Source: Eledone cirrhosa
Lineage: Eukaryota
Direction of reading: 5' to 3'
Length of the DNA stretch: 64,000 bases
NCBI GenBank assembly: GCA_964016885.1
Contig: OZ024743.1
Location: 157,728,001 to 157,792,000, forward strand
The notes below the pieces were generated by a model. That model saw nothing but the letters and a program-made list of their open reading frames with translations. It searched no databases and had not been told where the DNA came from. The translations under genes and the position numbers were made by a program. Below, one piece after another: positions 39,173-52,505 of this stretch (position 1 is the stretch's first letter; every line of letters begins with the position of its first letter).

Positions 39173-40902
39173 CAATGTCAGGCTTGAACCCATCACCACT
39201 TCTAGCAACACACCTCAAGGGCACATCTTACACCACAACTCCACACTCAATGATCCACTCTATCTTAACACAATTCGTGCCATCTATCTAAACCCTTTTA
39301 CCCTAGAAATATACCCATGTACACCTACTTTTAGTATAATTACTTTCAATTACTTAAACTGTATTATATGACTATATAATTATATGTAAACTTTAAACAC
39401 CGAATTCAGCAATGAATTATTTGTGCAAATGTTGTTGTATGTATGGAGTGCTATCATTAGATAAATAGAGGATTAATTTATTAACATAAAAGAGCTGTAT
39501 AACCTATATGTTGAGTACAATGAATTGTGTACAAGTGGTATGTGAGTTATACATACATGTATAACTTGATAGATAGATTATTGACATTGTAAGTGAGAAA
39601 TGTTTTTGGCCTACCCTAGAGATATTTAACTTTGCCATGCAATCAGCCATACGCTGACCCAGAGCTTACCAGGGGTTATATAGACGTGGTTCTAATGGGG
39701 CCCCTGTAAGGTTCTGTGAGTAGACTACATTTACAAAGAACTTTGATATGTAGATCTGACTCTTCGTATGGAATATTCAGTTGTAGCACTCTATGATAGG
39801 GAGTAATCATCCTAATATAGATACCTTTAGTACTTCATGATAGAGTAGACTGTAATTAAAGATAGGATACTTAAATTTGGAAACTGTATATAACCGTATA
39901 TATTAGGGACTCAATTGAAACACCTTTTAATGTATGTTGGAACAATAAATTTAGCTATAGAAATCACATTAACGCATTAACTCCCCTTAATCACACACAT
40001 ACTTCCGGATAATAAAACGATGCAAATTCTCGCAACAGATACAACCTGCTCTATAAAATTGGATTAAAGAACACTGAGCCACAACAAGCTATAAAAATTT
40101 AACTTAATACATCAAACATCCAATACGGAATCATCGTTAATTATGTGAAGGACATATAAACTATATATTACGTTTCCTGAATTGTGAAAATGGTGGTGTA
40201 TACAAAAACCATAACATTATTTTGCTTCTCATTTATACTATTTCTCCGCACACAAGCTTCTTTATCATACACAAAAAATACCTTACCACTACAACCTCCA
40301 TAATACTCTTGATTACCTGCTTAAAGTGCTTGTATTGCATATAACACCCTGCCGCACAATAATCATATACAAATAAGACAGACGTGCATGTGCCACGTGT
40401 AACTAATCCATACAATAACTACTACAACTGACTAACAAACTATCCTCTTGCATTATCTACGTTAAATGCCGATGTTGTATTTTAATTTTAATTTTGCTTT
40501 GATTCTGTTTATATGTGATTTGAATTTTTGAATTTAAATTGCCATTCATAAATAATATAATATATGTCACCCCAATGTACATCAATATATACATATCTAT
40601 CTGTATGTCTCTTGCGTTGGAAAGGAGGTCATGTATGTATACAAACATTGAAAAATGCTCCGAAGACACCAAGCCTCGGTTTGGATCAAAGAATTGTAAG
40701 CTAATAAATGGTTTGAACAAAACTTTGATTCCTGTGAATTCTATATAACTGCTCTGTAGAACAACTGATGTTATTACATTGAGCTATTTATCTTACTGGT
40801 AATAAGGTACTAATAAATTACTGTCTTTCACTGTTTAGGGTTTAAAATATATATAACTATAAAAAGTTTTAGTATATACATAACCATAAATAGTATCCTT
40901 AA

Positions 40903-40942
<40 letters not shown>

Positions 40943-40944
<2 letters not shown>

Positions 40945-41131
40945 GAACAAGTAAGACCCCGACGGCCGAGCTCAAGCCGTTTCGACGGCTAATTCTGGAA
41001 TTAGCCGTCGAAACGGCTTGAGCTCGGCCGTCGGGGTCTTACTTGTTCCTATTACCCACTCTACTACCCTAAGTATTGAGTACTTTGGTGCGTTATGGTC
41101 CACCTGGTTCCTTACCACATTTCCTTCGTTA
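40943..41131 (+). mobile_element. Family C short element with perfect 53-bp-arm palindrome
   Basis: Arms 40943-40995/40998-41050, 2-nt loop; 3' half hammerhead GAAA-CGGC...GCCG-TC; (TA)n on both sides. Confidence 0.85.
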
Positions 41132-41799
41132 TATATATTTATATATATATATATATATATAGTAAAGAGTTAGTGCCCGACGGCTGAGCTTTTGCCAATT
41201 CGACAGCGAACAATGGTCTTACTAGTCTAAACTGGTAATCCCAATATATATATTCATATAAAGTGTATTGTACTTATATACAACACGAAATCAAGCTACT
41301 GTACGACGAACGCCGAGAAAATTGTGTACACACCCACAAAGCAAAACGAATTGCTTTGGAAGGCACACACAGATATGCACATACTCACACTATGATCTAT
41401 GCTGCATCTTCCACGAAGATGTGGATGGTTTCTTATCCGCTCCAACAAAGATGTTCACGGGTATATTCGCTTATTCCAGTTTCAAACAGTTGCTGGGATC
41501 AATGTCATGGAGTCTTCTGGTATAATCTAATTTGTGGAATCCCTCCCGTGTGTGGGTGTGTTAAACTATCTTTTCTTCATGTTTTTTTTAAAGTATGCTT
41601 TTTTATAATTATTGTCTATTTATATATATTATCTCTCAGTTTAATTTTTATCAGATTTATTACTTGTCCTAAGATATTCTCTTAAAAAAAACTATTTCAA
41701 GTGGTCTTTTAAGACTAGCTCTGAATTTATTACTGTTCATGTTTTCTTTGTAAATTTTTCTGGTGGGGAGGAATGCTATCTTCATCTAAAGTTAAGCAA

Positions 41800-41990
41800 A
41801 ATCTAGGTCGTTTCATACAACAATATGTTGGCCCAAATCTTTAAGAATTGCTGAACAACAATGCGATTTCCCTTAATCCAGTGCGTGTTTGTAGGTTTCT
41901 GTAGAAAACCAGATGAATTAAGGAGGTAATGATATGCATGAACATTCCTAAAGCAGTTTATTTTTAGATCAATGAATGCCGACAAACCAA
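41800..41990 (-). pseudogene. Possible hAT-like transposase relic
   Basis: KPTNTHWIKGNRIVVQQFLKIWANI resembles the TRW...IWPNI segment of hAT proteins; single short match. Confidence 0.3.
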
Positions 41991-42136
41991 ATGAAACCAG
42001 TGCACTAAATTTCGAAAAATGTCCACGCGATTTTTGTTCATGTTTACTTCACCTCAGTAAAGGAGACGTTTTGTCTTTTTAAACTTCGTATATTCAAAGC
42101 TGTAGGCTATGTAGGTTTAGTACATCAAACATACGC

Positions 42137-42442
<306 letters not shown>

Positions 42443-42510
42443 AAGGCCACAGAACGTTACATGAAGGAAGACATCAAACGATATGTGTGTGTGTTATATC
42501 AAGATAGAGT

Positions 42511-42910
42511 GCAGGCATGACCAAATGTTAAAGAAGTTTTCTTCGCAACCATGTAAGATCGTGTACAATTCCGCTGTACTCTTAGGCAAATGTTCTCTCC
42601 CATGCTCTTGTGTCTATCTATAACCCATTCGTGAACTTGGGTGATGGAAACTGTGGCGAGAATCGGCTATATCCGTAATTCAAATAGGTAGCCTTATTAT
42701 ATAGTGTGTCACAGTGATTCAGACAAATGATTATGTTAATTGCTTAAATGTTTTTTGATTTCTCAAATAATGTGCATTTAACACCGTTTATCAACTAGCT
42801 CCAAATCCCATAGTCGAAACACACAATATCCCTCCGGTGGAGATGAAAGGCGTTGCATAATGGCTTTGTATTAATACGCAGCCCCAATTCTAGGCTACTA
42901 CGATCAATAG
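42511..42910 (+). mobile_element. Old decayed tRNA-derived SINE (OK/OR-like)
   Basis: GCAGGCATGACC head, CTTAGGCAAATGTT and GATGGAAACTGTG motifs resemble recalled octopus SINE consensus. Confidence 0.45.
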
Positions 42911-42949
42911 ATCAGAATGTTATATATATATATATATATATATATGCAT

Positions 42950-43017
<68 letters not shown>

Positions 43018-43019
<2 letters not shown>

Positions 43020-44985
43020 TTATTAAAATAACAGATTAAAGTTTAAGCAAATAATCGCTGCTTTCACCCTTAACGGAATCTTCTGAAACTAAACAAATCA
43101 ATCTGTGAACGCAGAAGTAAATATTTCGAAAAACGTTGCAACCGAAGGAAGACAGGAAGACGATACTTTGGTTCGTGAAGAGGTTCCCTGGCAATGAACG
43201 GAAAAAAGGGAAGATAATACGTCATTATGTGGAGCGTGGAGAACAATTACACGCAAAGACAAAACCACGTTTATGGTATAAGTGAAGTCGTAGACTAATG
43301 TTCTATTTAGGAAACCGAATGATTCTCGGCTTCAGAGTTAAGAATAATTGTTTCTACTTTTGGCACAAGACCAGCAATTATCCCGGAGCATTACTGGTAC
43401 TTTATTTTATCACAGTTAAGAATATTGTAAATAAATTATTAGAACGAAAATGACAGAGGTTATTAAAATCAATAATAATACACGCAACTATATACGTACA
43501 TACACGTGCATACGCGGAAACACCCGCCCTGCATGCATATACATGCACGTACACATAAACACGCGCACGCATACATAAACCCGCGCGACTCATGCACGCG
43601 CACACATACGAACGTATACGCCAAATACACATAAAAAAAATATATATATATATATATATATCTGTGTGTGTGTGTTATATAAATATACACACAGAATTAT
43701 ATAAACGTATATAAATACACACACATAAATACGTATATAGCGCAAGCACACACATATCTACAGGTTAATACACATATGTTTACGAAACGTACGTCAACCA
43801 AAACACAAAATACACATATACACACCTACATACGTGCAAACACGCATACACGCATATGCACACAAACACATAATAGACATATACACATAACCATATACAC
43901 ATATACCAGTATATATAATATATAATATATACACCTATAACAAATACAAACATATATACGTACGAGAAAGTATACGTACCTTCACAAACATACAGGTAAG
44001 ATATACTTACCTATACAAATAAGTAATGGTATAAACATAACATATACTTAGCTACCACATCAAGACGTAAATTACCCGCATGTTGTTCGTACTATCCGTT
44101 AGGGTATAATGTGAGGCTGTAATCCAGGAAAGTTTTATGCAATTTGTGTTTACAAGCCGAAATTGCCTCAGATTTTTTATTTAAGATGTGGTCTTTGGCG
44201 TAGAGTATTTCCAGGGCTTCAGTGACGCAAAGATCGCATGGTCTTTTATTACCGTTATACGATCAAGCTTTCGCTAGGATCTCCCATTGTAACCTATATT
44301 GGGTGTGGTTGTCTTTTAGAATCCAGATATAAGCTGAAAGTGATGTCATATTCCTTCTTAAAGGGTTAAGAAAAGAATGGGTGTGCATGTAAAGATATTG
44401 CTTGAATCTGTTGGCGGTTAACCCTATGTAGGCCCTACGGGATGTGGATGTTTCGACCTTACATTACTGGAGAGGCATTTCTCGGATAGAGGGCAGTCAA
44501 CCCGATTCCTACAATTACAGTTAGTACTAGCTACAAGGCTGCACGTGTTCCTACGGCTAGGTAATTTAGCTAAATTTGAAGCAGTCGTAGAACAAGATAT
44601 TTTAATGTTATTTCTATTTTAAATGTTATTATATTTATGTGCTGAGAGGAAATGCTTCTTAATAAGGGAGAGAAAGATCTTAGCTAATGGTGTGGCCACC
44701 TCCATATTATATGGTGGGTTTTTCCTTTGTCTATGATCATACTTAGTATATGCTACCTTATCGACAAATCCACTCCGAACAAGAGTTGCATTGTAATATG
44801 TGGAATGGTCGGTGAAAATATATTCGTTTGTAGCTAGATAGGAAAGCCTCAAAGAAACGTTTCTTACCAGGTTCTTGGTTATGCTGGCAGGATGGTTGGA
44901 ATGCTTACTTATGTAATTAAGCGTATCATTCGGCTTTCTATACGGTCAGTGCAAGCCATTCGACAAATTGAGGGTAACGTCTAGG
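43018..44985 (-). mobile_element. 5'-truncated Naiad-type PLE, same family as 22208-24229, decayed
   Basis: LDVTLNLS...PYRKPN...HSNHP thumb, YNMEVATPLAKIF; 3' UTR colinear with 22208-23190; A4 hammerhead at 43040-43090; SINE stub 43349-43411. Confidence 0.9.
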
Positions 44986-45389
44986 TTGCAATGCCTTTAG
45001 TTATTTTTTTATTTTATTTTTCCATTAGTCTACCGTGGCAAAGCTATCTTCGCTTTTGCAAAGATGTTTTTGCAAACGAGTGAAATATGACAAACTTGTA
45101 AAATTATATGTACCTAAACTATGGAGTCTATCAGATTTGAGGGATCACATTTACAAGTTTCAAATGGGAGAATATTGATTTCCAGCTGCTTATAACAGGT
45201 GGAAATATTTATATTTGAATTAACCGAACCAAATAAGCGAAGGATAAGCAAATGAAAGTTCTCGGGTCTGTGATATTTTATATAAAAAATAATACATATG
45301 TTAGCTTTTTCGTCAAAATGAAACGTCATGTTGGATTATCTGGCTCATAATTGTTCCCAATTGTTCTAACATAGGAAGAAAGGTAAACA

Positions 45390-46690
45390 AATTTAGGGTG
45401 GGAGGGATATTACGCGATTGGCATTAATTTCATCGACACCTAAGAGACTGAATGATAAATATGACATCTGCAGAATTTAGTCTCAGAGCGTAAAGGGCTA
45501 TAATCATATACTAATACCACAAAGTATTTTTGTCTGACGCTCTAATGATTCTGACATATCGTTATTGTCTGCAGTACAGAGGCAACTAACCAAACTAATT
45601 CACTCATTATACTCAGAATTAGGAAAATTATTAAATAAAGGGTTGTGAAAGTGGGGCAGATATTTTTCTTTAAGCCTAAATCAGCCCGGGACATGCAGAC
45701 CTATGAAAAAAAAACATTTCAAGTATGGTCATCCTATCTTTTGTAGGAGAATGAAGGATGTTATCTAATGTTTCCTTTCCTTATTTAAGACGCCGTGTGT
45801 CATTTCAGAGTAATTAATTTAGTTGTTATTTCTAGCAGATCAAGTGGCCATCCCTGTTTTTATTGCTGTTGGTTGGGGGTTGTCGTTGCTTAGACCGAAG
45901 TCAACATTGGTTGAAAAGAATTATGATCAAAGGCATTCTGGCCTGATTAATTATTTATTCACACATAATGTACCTAAAGCTAAATACATTTATTTTTGTT
46001 AAACAGATGGGTAGAATTTGAAGGAGATTTAACTGCTATTTCTCGCATGTCGAGTGACCACTTCGTTCTACTATCTAATAATCGTTTTTTCTAAGTCAGG
46101 AATGACATCCTAGATATGATGCAAGGTCTTTTTTGTAGTCGTTGCTGTTGTTATCATTGTTTCCATTGTCAGCATTGAATTGTTAACCCTAATCTGATGG
46201 TCCCGTGATCAAAAGCATTCCATCTGTGACTAACTTCTCGTTTTGTGTATATATGTATTTTTACATTTTTAAGCCCATGTGATTCGAGGGAGATGTGGGT
46301 CTCATTTCTAGAAGGCTCAATTACTATGATGAAGCTCCCTCGTTGGTTCAACATAAGTGTGTGTATTTCAGAACTGGAATTCCATTACCACAGAGGTATA
46401 GTCTTTAATAGGAAATCTAATCATAAAGATGTTTACTTTCTACGAGACTTTAATTATACCTGACATCTGTTGACGTTTTCTTTTTTGACAGCGGATTTTA
46501 AACAATAAACAGTATATAATTTAGATTTGTCAGGGTCGAGGATATATCTTTAAAAGGGAAATCTGCTTCAAAAAGAAAGAGTATTTAGATAATGTAGTCT
46601 AAAATACATTATGATTAAAACCTAAAGTTGAGATGTCTTTAATCATAGATCTGTTCAACCAGGGAAGATTTGGACCTAAACTACAAAAAC
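45390..46690. repeat. Cluster of old decayed SINE-like repeats
   Basis: Decayed family A copy (-) at about 45390-45560; several TATGATCAAAGGCATTC / TGCTATTTCTAGCA units that recur at 60620-61560. Confidence 0.55.
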
Positions 46691-47084
46691 AGCAATAACA
46701 GCAATGGCAATAATAACAGCATATTCAACAACAACAAGGAGATTGGGTTTAATAAGAGTGATGAAGGGCAGAAAAATCATTTTATTACATAAGAAATTAT
46801 TTTATTCGAACGTTAAGTTTATGTTTTTAAGTTAAAAAATACATAACGGTAGCTAATGTTTTACATGCCTAAGAATGCTAGAAAAATGACAAATACTTAA
46901 AGAACACCTGGCGTTATTAATTAGTAGTTCAAGACATAGTTCAATGGATCCAAAGATATGGACAGGATGTAATAAGTATGTTCATTCTAATACCTGTTGC
47001 TGCGCAAAATTAACTGGATTAATAATGAGGGGCAGTGACGAAATTTGTAGTGATGAAAGTAATGTACATCAATATAAAAGACCC

Positions 47085-47372
47085 CCTCCGAGGTACAAGT
47101 CTGAGGAAGATTGTTTTTGCGGAAGAGCAGCAGTTGTCTATGCGTACCATTCTCCCCTCTCCACGTGACCGATTTTGTCCAAGAGAAAGGTAATAGCTGA
47201 TACATCTTAGCACTAGTGACCACTAGTGACCTTGCAACTCATTTTTACAACTGAGTAAACTGGAGTAACATGAAATAAAGTGTCTTGCTCAAGGACATAA
47301 CACACAGCCTGGGTCGGAAATCGAACTCACAACCACACAATGGTAAGCCCAACGCTCTAACCTCAAAGCCAT
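47085..47372 (-). mobile_element. tRNA-derived SINE with CORE-like central block
   Basis: Minus strand TGGCTTTGAGG...GAGTTCGATTTCC then GTCCTTGAGCAAGACACTT...CTCAGTTGTAAAAATGAG. Confidence 0.65.
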
Positions 47373-47530
47373 GTTTAAGTCACATGTATATTATATGTAT
47401 GTATGTACATATATATGAAGAGTCAAATATACGTCGGGCGGAAATCCACAATAATAAGACTAAGCATTAGCCTAATAAACTATTACACACTAATATTGTA
47501 TTGAGTACATTTTCTCCTAATTGTTAAAAT

Positions 47531-47639
<109 letters not shown>

Positions 47640-48637
47640 AAATATATGCGTATATATACGCAAATATTATTTTATACATAGTATATGCATATGTGTAAGA
47701 GAGAGTAATTGAGTTATGTGTACTTGCTACCAGACAGAGACAGATATTTGCATATGCATATATTCTACTAATAGAGAGTGAAAGAGATAGAGTGACATAA
47801 TGAATGTGAAAGAAAGAGAGAGAGAGGGTTAAAAGAAAGAAGTGAAAGAGCTTACTTCCGTACATTTTTCTTTCATCTAACGTCGACATTTCCAAGCTAT
47901 AAATTCAAAAAGAATAATCTCTATACATTTGGAGATTAGAAACTGTCGCAAACAGGATGGGGAATTAGTAAGACAACGAATAACATTTAAATCTATCTCC
48001 AAGCATTATTCCACGTAAACCGGTAAAATTTCGTGCTGAAGCTAATTCACTAATGACTTGAAAGCTAAACTTCCGACTGACCTTCCTTGAGGGAAACTCT
48101 GCTTTCAATCAGAAAACATTTATTCATGGCATTTGAGACTAAGTAGTGCTTTGGGGAGAATACATCGCATTGAAAATCTGACACTGGACTTGTAACGAAG
48201 CAACAGAAGGATAATTATTTCATTCCTTTGTTGACATTTTTTCTAATGGCCTACATCTTGTATAACATCGAATAAAGCTGTACAATATTCCTGCAGTTTG
48301 TTTTGTTATCCTATATATCACATTATATTATATATTATATCCTGCAATATCATATTTAAAAAGTTGTTAAACTATTTTCAAATAGCAATGAAATGGTCTA
48401 GGTGTTTTACTGCAATTAGTTTCATATCGTGTGTACTGAATCTAATTCAAAGCAAATGTCAAACTTCTATTTCACTTGTCTAAAATTCGGTAGTAGGAGC
48501 ACCAGTACATCATTGGAGTTGTCATCTATGACTTGACTCGTTTAAACAAACTGGTATTAAATTATAAAATTAGTGGATGATAAGGAAGGTGTGCATCAGT
48601 CAAAAAGGTTTTTAAATGGAATTTCTTAATATATGTG

Positions 48638-48716
<79 letters not shown>

Positions 48717-49235
48717 TGTGTGTGTGTGCGTGTGTGTGTGTGGGTGTGTGTGTGTGTGAAGATGGGAAGATTGTAAGGTAGATATAACTACCATATTTTA
48801 ATTAGAACGTTTCGCTGTGTAAACAATGACGATAGCACCAGCAACAACAACAATAACGGTAAAATTCAACAAGAGTACATTTGCAGCAACAGACATTACG
48901 AAGAGGGAGTAATGTTTGGCTCAGGGAGCCAAACTTGTAAATGTTGACAAAACTTGGACCAACATAAGTGTTCCGTGTTGGCAGCAACAGAGAGAAAACC
49001 TCCCACCTATAGATGTAATGACATTAAGTTAGAATAGTCAGAGGTAACCCCACTATCTCAGTTATCAGGTAGAGGCAGCTCTGAAGGGCTTAATGCAAGA
49101 CATTCAGCGCGTGGGAAGGGCCAGGCAATTTGGGAATATTTCGGTGCTCTTCAATAGTGAGGCTCTTTCTAAAAAGTACTCTGTGATTCCCTGCAAAACG
49201 AACCGATTAATTTTGTTTCACTCTCACATGGGAGA

Positions 49236-49560
49236 ATGACAATCAAGATCACCATTGCTGGGATCTCGGTAGAAATAGACATCTGGGGGATCATAGCTAG
49301 CATAGTCATGGAGGGAAGGAAAATGTTCATCAAAGTAAAGGGGACCCGGAGAGAGAAAAGAACTGGGATCAGTCTGGAAATACTTCTCCAGATCAAACCA
49401 GCGAAGATTAAAAAGGTTCCAAACTTAGTTCGCCATTCGGGTGGTTTGGAGATAAGGGTCAGTGTTAGGGGCAAAAGGCCTCGTTGTCATTTTTACGGGA
49501 CAACCGAATACCTAAGAGTTTTGTGTCCCCCAACAGAAGACAATGAACTACAGGGCCCTC
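49236..49560 (+). pseudogene. Decayed gag-like ORF1 of a non-LTR element (L1/Tx1-like)
   Basis: RVSVRGKRPRCHFYGTTEYLRVLCP is a degenerate CX2CX4HX4C knuckle; the ORF then runs into (CT)n. Confidence 0.5.
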
Positions 49561-49671
49561 ACGCTGCTGTTACTGAGACCTCAACAACAACAGCAGCAGC
49601 TGGGGCACCAACAACACCAACAGCAGCAACATACTTCAAATATTCACTCAGAGGTCCGTCAAAAATGATTC

Positions 49672-49742
<71 letters not shown>

Positions 49743-50148
49743 GGAAGATGAGGGGAAACTCCAAAATCCCAAAATAATACAAAACCGAAACACAAGATAA
49801 AGACATCTGGCACAACACACACAAAATACATGCACAGCCACAACAACACCAACAACATCCACCAAGACTACCACCGCTATCATTAACAGTACAACCAAGC
49901 AAATGTTGAGCTAGTAATAAGAACAGTTGGTCCTCATACCTGGAGAGTATGGCGAAAAATTGATGTGTACATATTCTATTGAATATATATTTGGTATATA
50001 TACAATATACCATGTTTCGTGTGCGACATATGGTTCTTTCTCTCTATATATTTGATTATTATGACTGTAGATAAAGTCTATTGAGCTTGCTTATTGAGAA
50101 ACACAAAATTCTAAATATGTTTTATATGTTTTGATTCATTATTTGTGA

Positions 50149-50198
<50 letters not shown>

Positions 50199-50612
50199 TG
50201 TATCTCGTTAGCTTGGCCACCGCCAAAACTTCGATTTTACTAACCTTCTTATTTATATATATATATATATATATAGTTAATTTGTATTCCAATGTTACTA
50301 AGTAGTTGCATACGATGGAGTCAACTGACGTCAGAGATTGTTCAACGTATAATAAAGTGTGTTTTAAAATCCGGAGAAAATATGGAGAAAAAATTTACGA
50401 AATGGAAATGCGGGTATATAGGATTTATTAGGTAACAAATTATTTCTATAGTGCATGAGTTACCTATACTTCGCTATTTGAATAATACACAAATATTATC
50501 ATAAACCGAAAGTACACTGTAAGCCAACACACCATGTCATCAGACCTTTGTATTAGAATGATATGAAAATATTTTATACACTAGATACTTAGAGTACATA
50601 TGGTATAACCCC

Positions 50613-51329
50613 GTGTACAATTCTTCTATTAGCACTAAGATTATCTCACAATTCTATACACTAATCAATAAACACTTTACAACTTCACATAAATACTATA
50701 AAATCTTTAACTCGCGCACCATGAGACTCTCATACTCCACTGCACCTAACATAGAACTACTAATTAGAAAACTCAACTCAGCAATACTGAATAAGTACAT
50801 CCCTAATAACTCAGCGCACCAGCATAGCAACATACAACGCACTAACACGCAACCACAACCCCACCAAACTATCCAGGATTCTACTGCAAAACATAAAAAT
50901 AGTTGTAACTGCACCAAACCAGGTACGTGCCCACTGAATAACCAGTGCCTAGCACGCAATATTGTCTACCGGTGTACAATAAATTCCGGGACCAACAAAT
51001 GGTATTACGTCGGATGTACCGCAACTTCTTTCAAGGCTCGCCTATACCAACATCGATCTTCGATCAGGCACGAGAAAATGCGCTCCGTAATAACCCTCGC
51101 CGATAAAGCCTGGCAGCTTCGGAGGAACAATCAAGCGTTCTCCCTTGATTGGCAAATTATTGCAGCTGCGCCTGCATATCAGCAAAATCATCGATTCTGC
51201 AAATTATGCAATTTAGAGATATACTGCATTTTAACGTCGGTAAACAAACTTTTGAACAGCAAAATTGAACGTTCTCTATACTGTAACCATCGTTTGAAAA
51301 CGACTTTTTCTTTTTTTAAATGCATATAA
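50613..51329 (+). CDS. PLE GIY-YIG endonuclease domain (open frame, GTG start, RT missing)
   Basis: IWYNP upstream, SCNCTKPGTCPLNNQC, IVY...YVGCTATSFKAR, CKLCNLE, LNSKIE...CNHR. Confidence 0.85.
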   Translation: MYNSSISTKIISQFYTLINKHFTTSHKYYKIFNSRTMRLSYSTAPNIELLIRKLNSAILNKYIPNNSAHQHSNIQRTNTQPQPHQTIQDSTAKHKNSCNCTKPGTCPLNNQCLARNIVYRCTINSGTNKWYYVGCTATSFKARLYQHRSSIRHEKMRSVITLADKAWQLRRNNQAFSLDWQIIAAAPAYQQNHRFCKLCNLEIYCILTSVNKLLNSKIERSLYCNHRLKTTFSFFKCI

Positions 51330-51739
51330 TGTTACCTTTTTACACCAACGTTTGCAAATTTCTGTCTTATATGTTTATACACTAGATATGGCTTTCTATA
51401 ATAATAGTACTAAACACTGTTTTTCTGGACCCCTTTAGAAATAACCTGCTACTATAATAGCCCTAATAACTTGTCTGTGACACTGTACCACTTTGACCCC
51501 TCTAACTAAATTTTGTCCGAACAACACCACTAGAAGAATCTACTTCCCAGCCAACCTTAGCACGCCTCATTAAGCTAACTGCTGCCAAAACATTCTCTCT
51601 TCACAATCTCTACTAGTCTGACAGTCTTAAACCCTAAGACTCCCTCCACCTTACTCACTTCCCTCTTCCCCTTCTCTTCCTACCTCCTTCTTTATCTTTT
51701 ATCTAGTGTATAAAATATTTTCATATCATTCTAATACAA

Positions 51740-51857
51740 AGGTCTGATGACATGGTGTGTTGGCTTACAGTGTACTTTCGGTTTATGATAATATTTGTGT
51801 ATTATTCAAATAGCGAAGTATAGGTAACTCATGCACTATAGAAACAATTTGTTACCT
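51740..51857 (+). ncRNA. Hammerhead ribozyme with 90-nt domain II
   Basis: AGGT-CTGATGA-[cATGGTGT...GCACTATa]-GAAA-CAAtTTG-TT-ACCT; inverted copy at 50430-50547. Confidence 0.7.
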
Positions 51858-51903
51858 AATAAATCCTATATACCCGCATTTCCATTTCGTAAATTTTTTC
51901 TCC

Positions 51904-52061
<158 letters not shown>

Positions 52062-52505
52062 ATATGTATATATGAGGATTGCAGTGTCTTCACAGACGAT
52101 TGCAGTGTCTTATTGATTCTTCATTGTCACCCCATTTGCGTAGATGACTTTGTAGACCAGCTGTAGATCTGCATGGTTCACGACACAGGTGACAGAAGAG
52201 AGTTGTGCTTTCCACAGCACTGATGGTGTTACCCTGTGGGACACAATCTTTATGTACCACCATGTGCTTTTTTAGTCCGGAAATAGTTCTACACACTTTG
52301 TTGCGTATCACTCAAGTTGTTTCGCCATGTATTTGTTGAGTTGTGATGTGGTTATTTATCTTTTCCTGTGACTTCAGGTGATTAACAGAACCACCCTTTG
52401 AGAGGATGCATGTCCAACTACTGATGACTTCATCAACACTCTGAGCATAGCCCTTCTCGAGCTGACGCTTGAGTTGTTTATATTCTAGACGACATTCCTC
52501 AAAAG

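Larger units (their letters stand above)
33803..40908 (+). mobile_element. Near-full-length Naiad-type Penelope-like element: inverted copy + direct pLTR + ORF + pLTR
   Basis: 33803-35471 is the reverse complement of 39046-40747; direct repeat 35474-36554/39826-40908; (TA)n at both ends. Confidence 0.95.

Noticed and set aside
30029-40908. Large inverted repeats as assembly artefacts
   Set aside because: Arms carry independent substitutions and indels and follow known PLE architecture.
47900-48300. Unique-looking non-repeat stretch as exon or enhancer
   Set aside because: No ORF or motif I can support; would need cross-species alignment.
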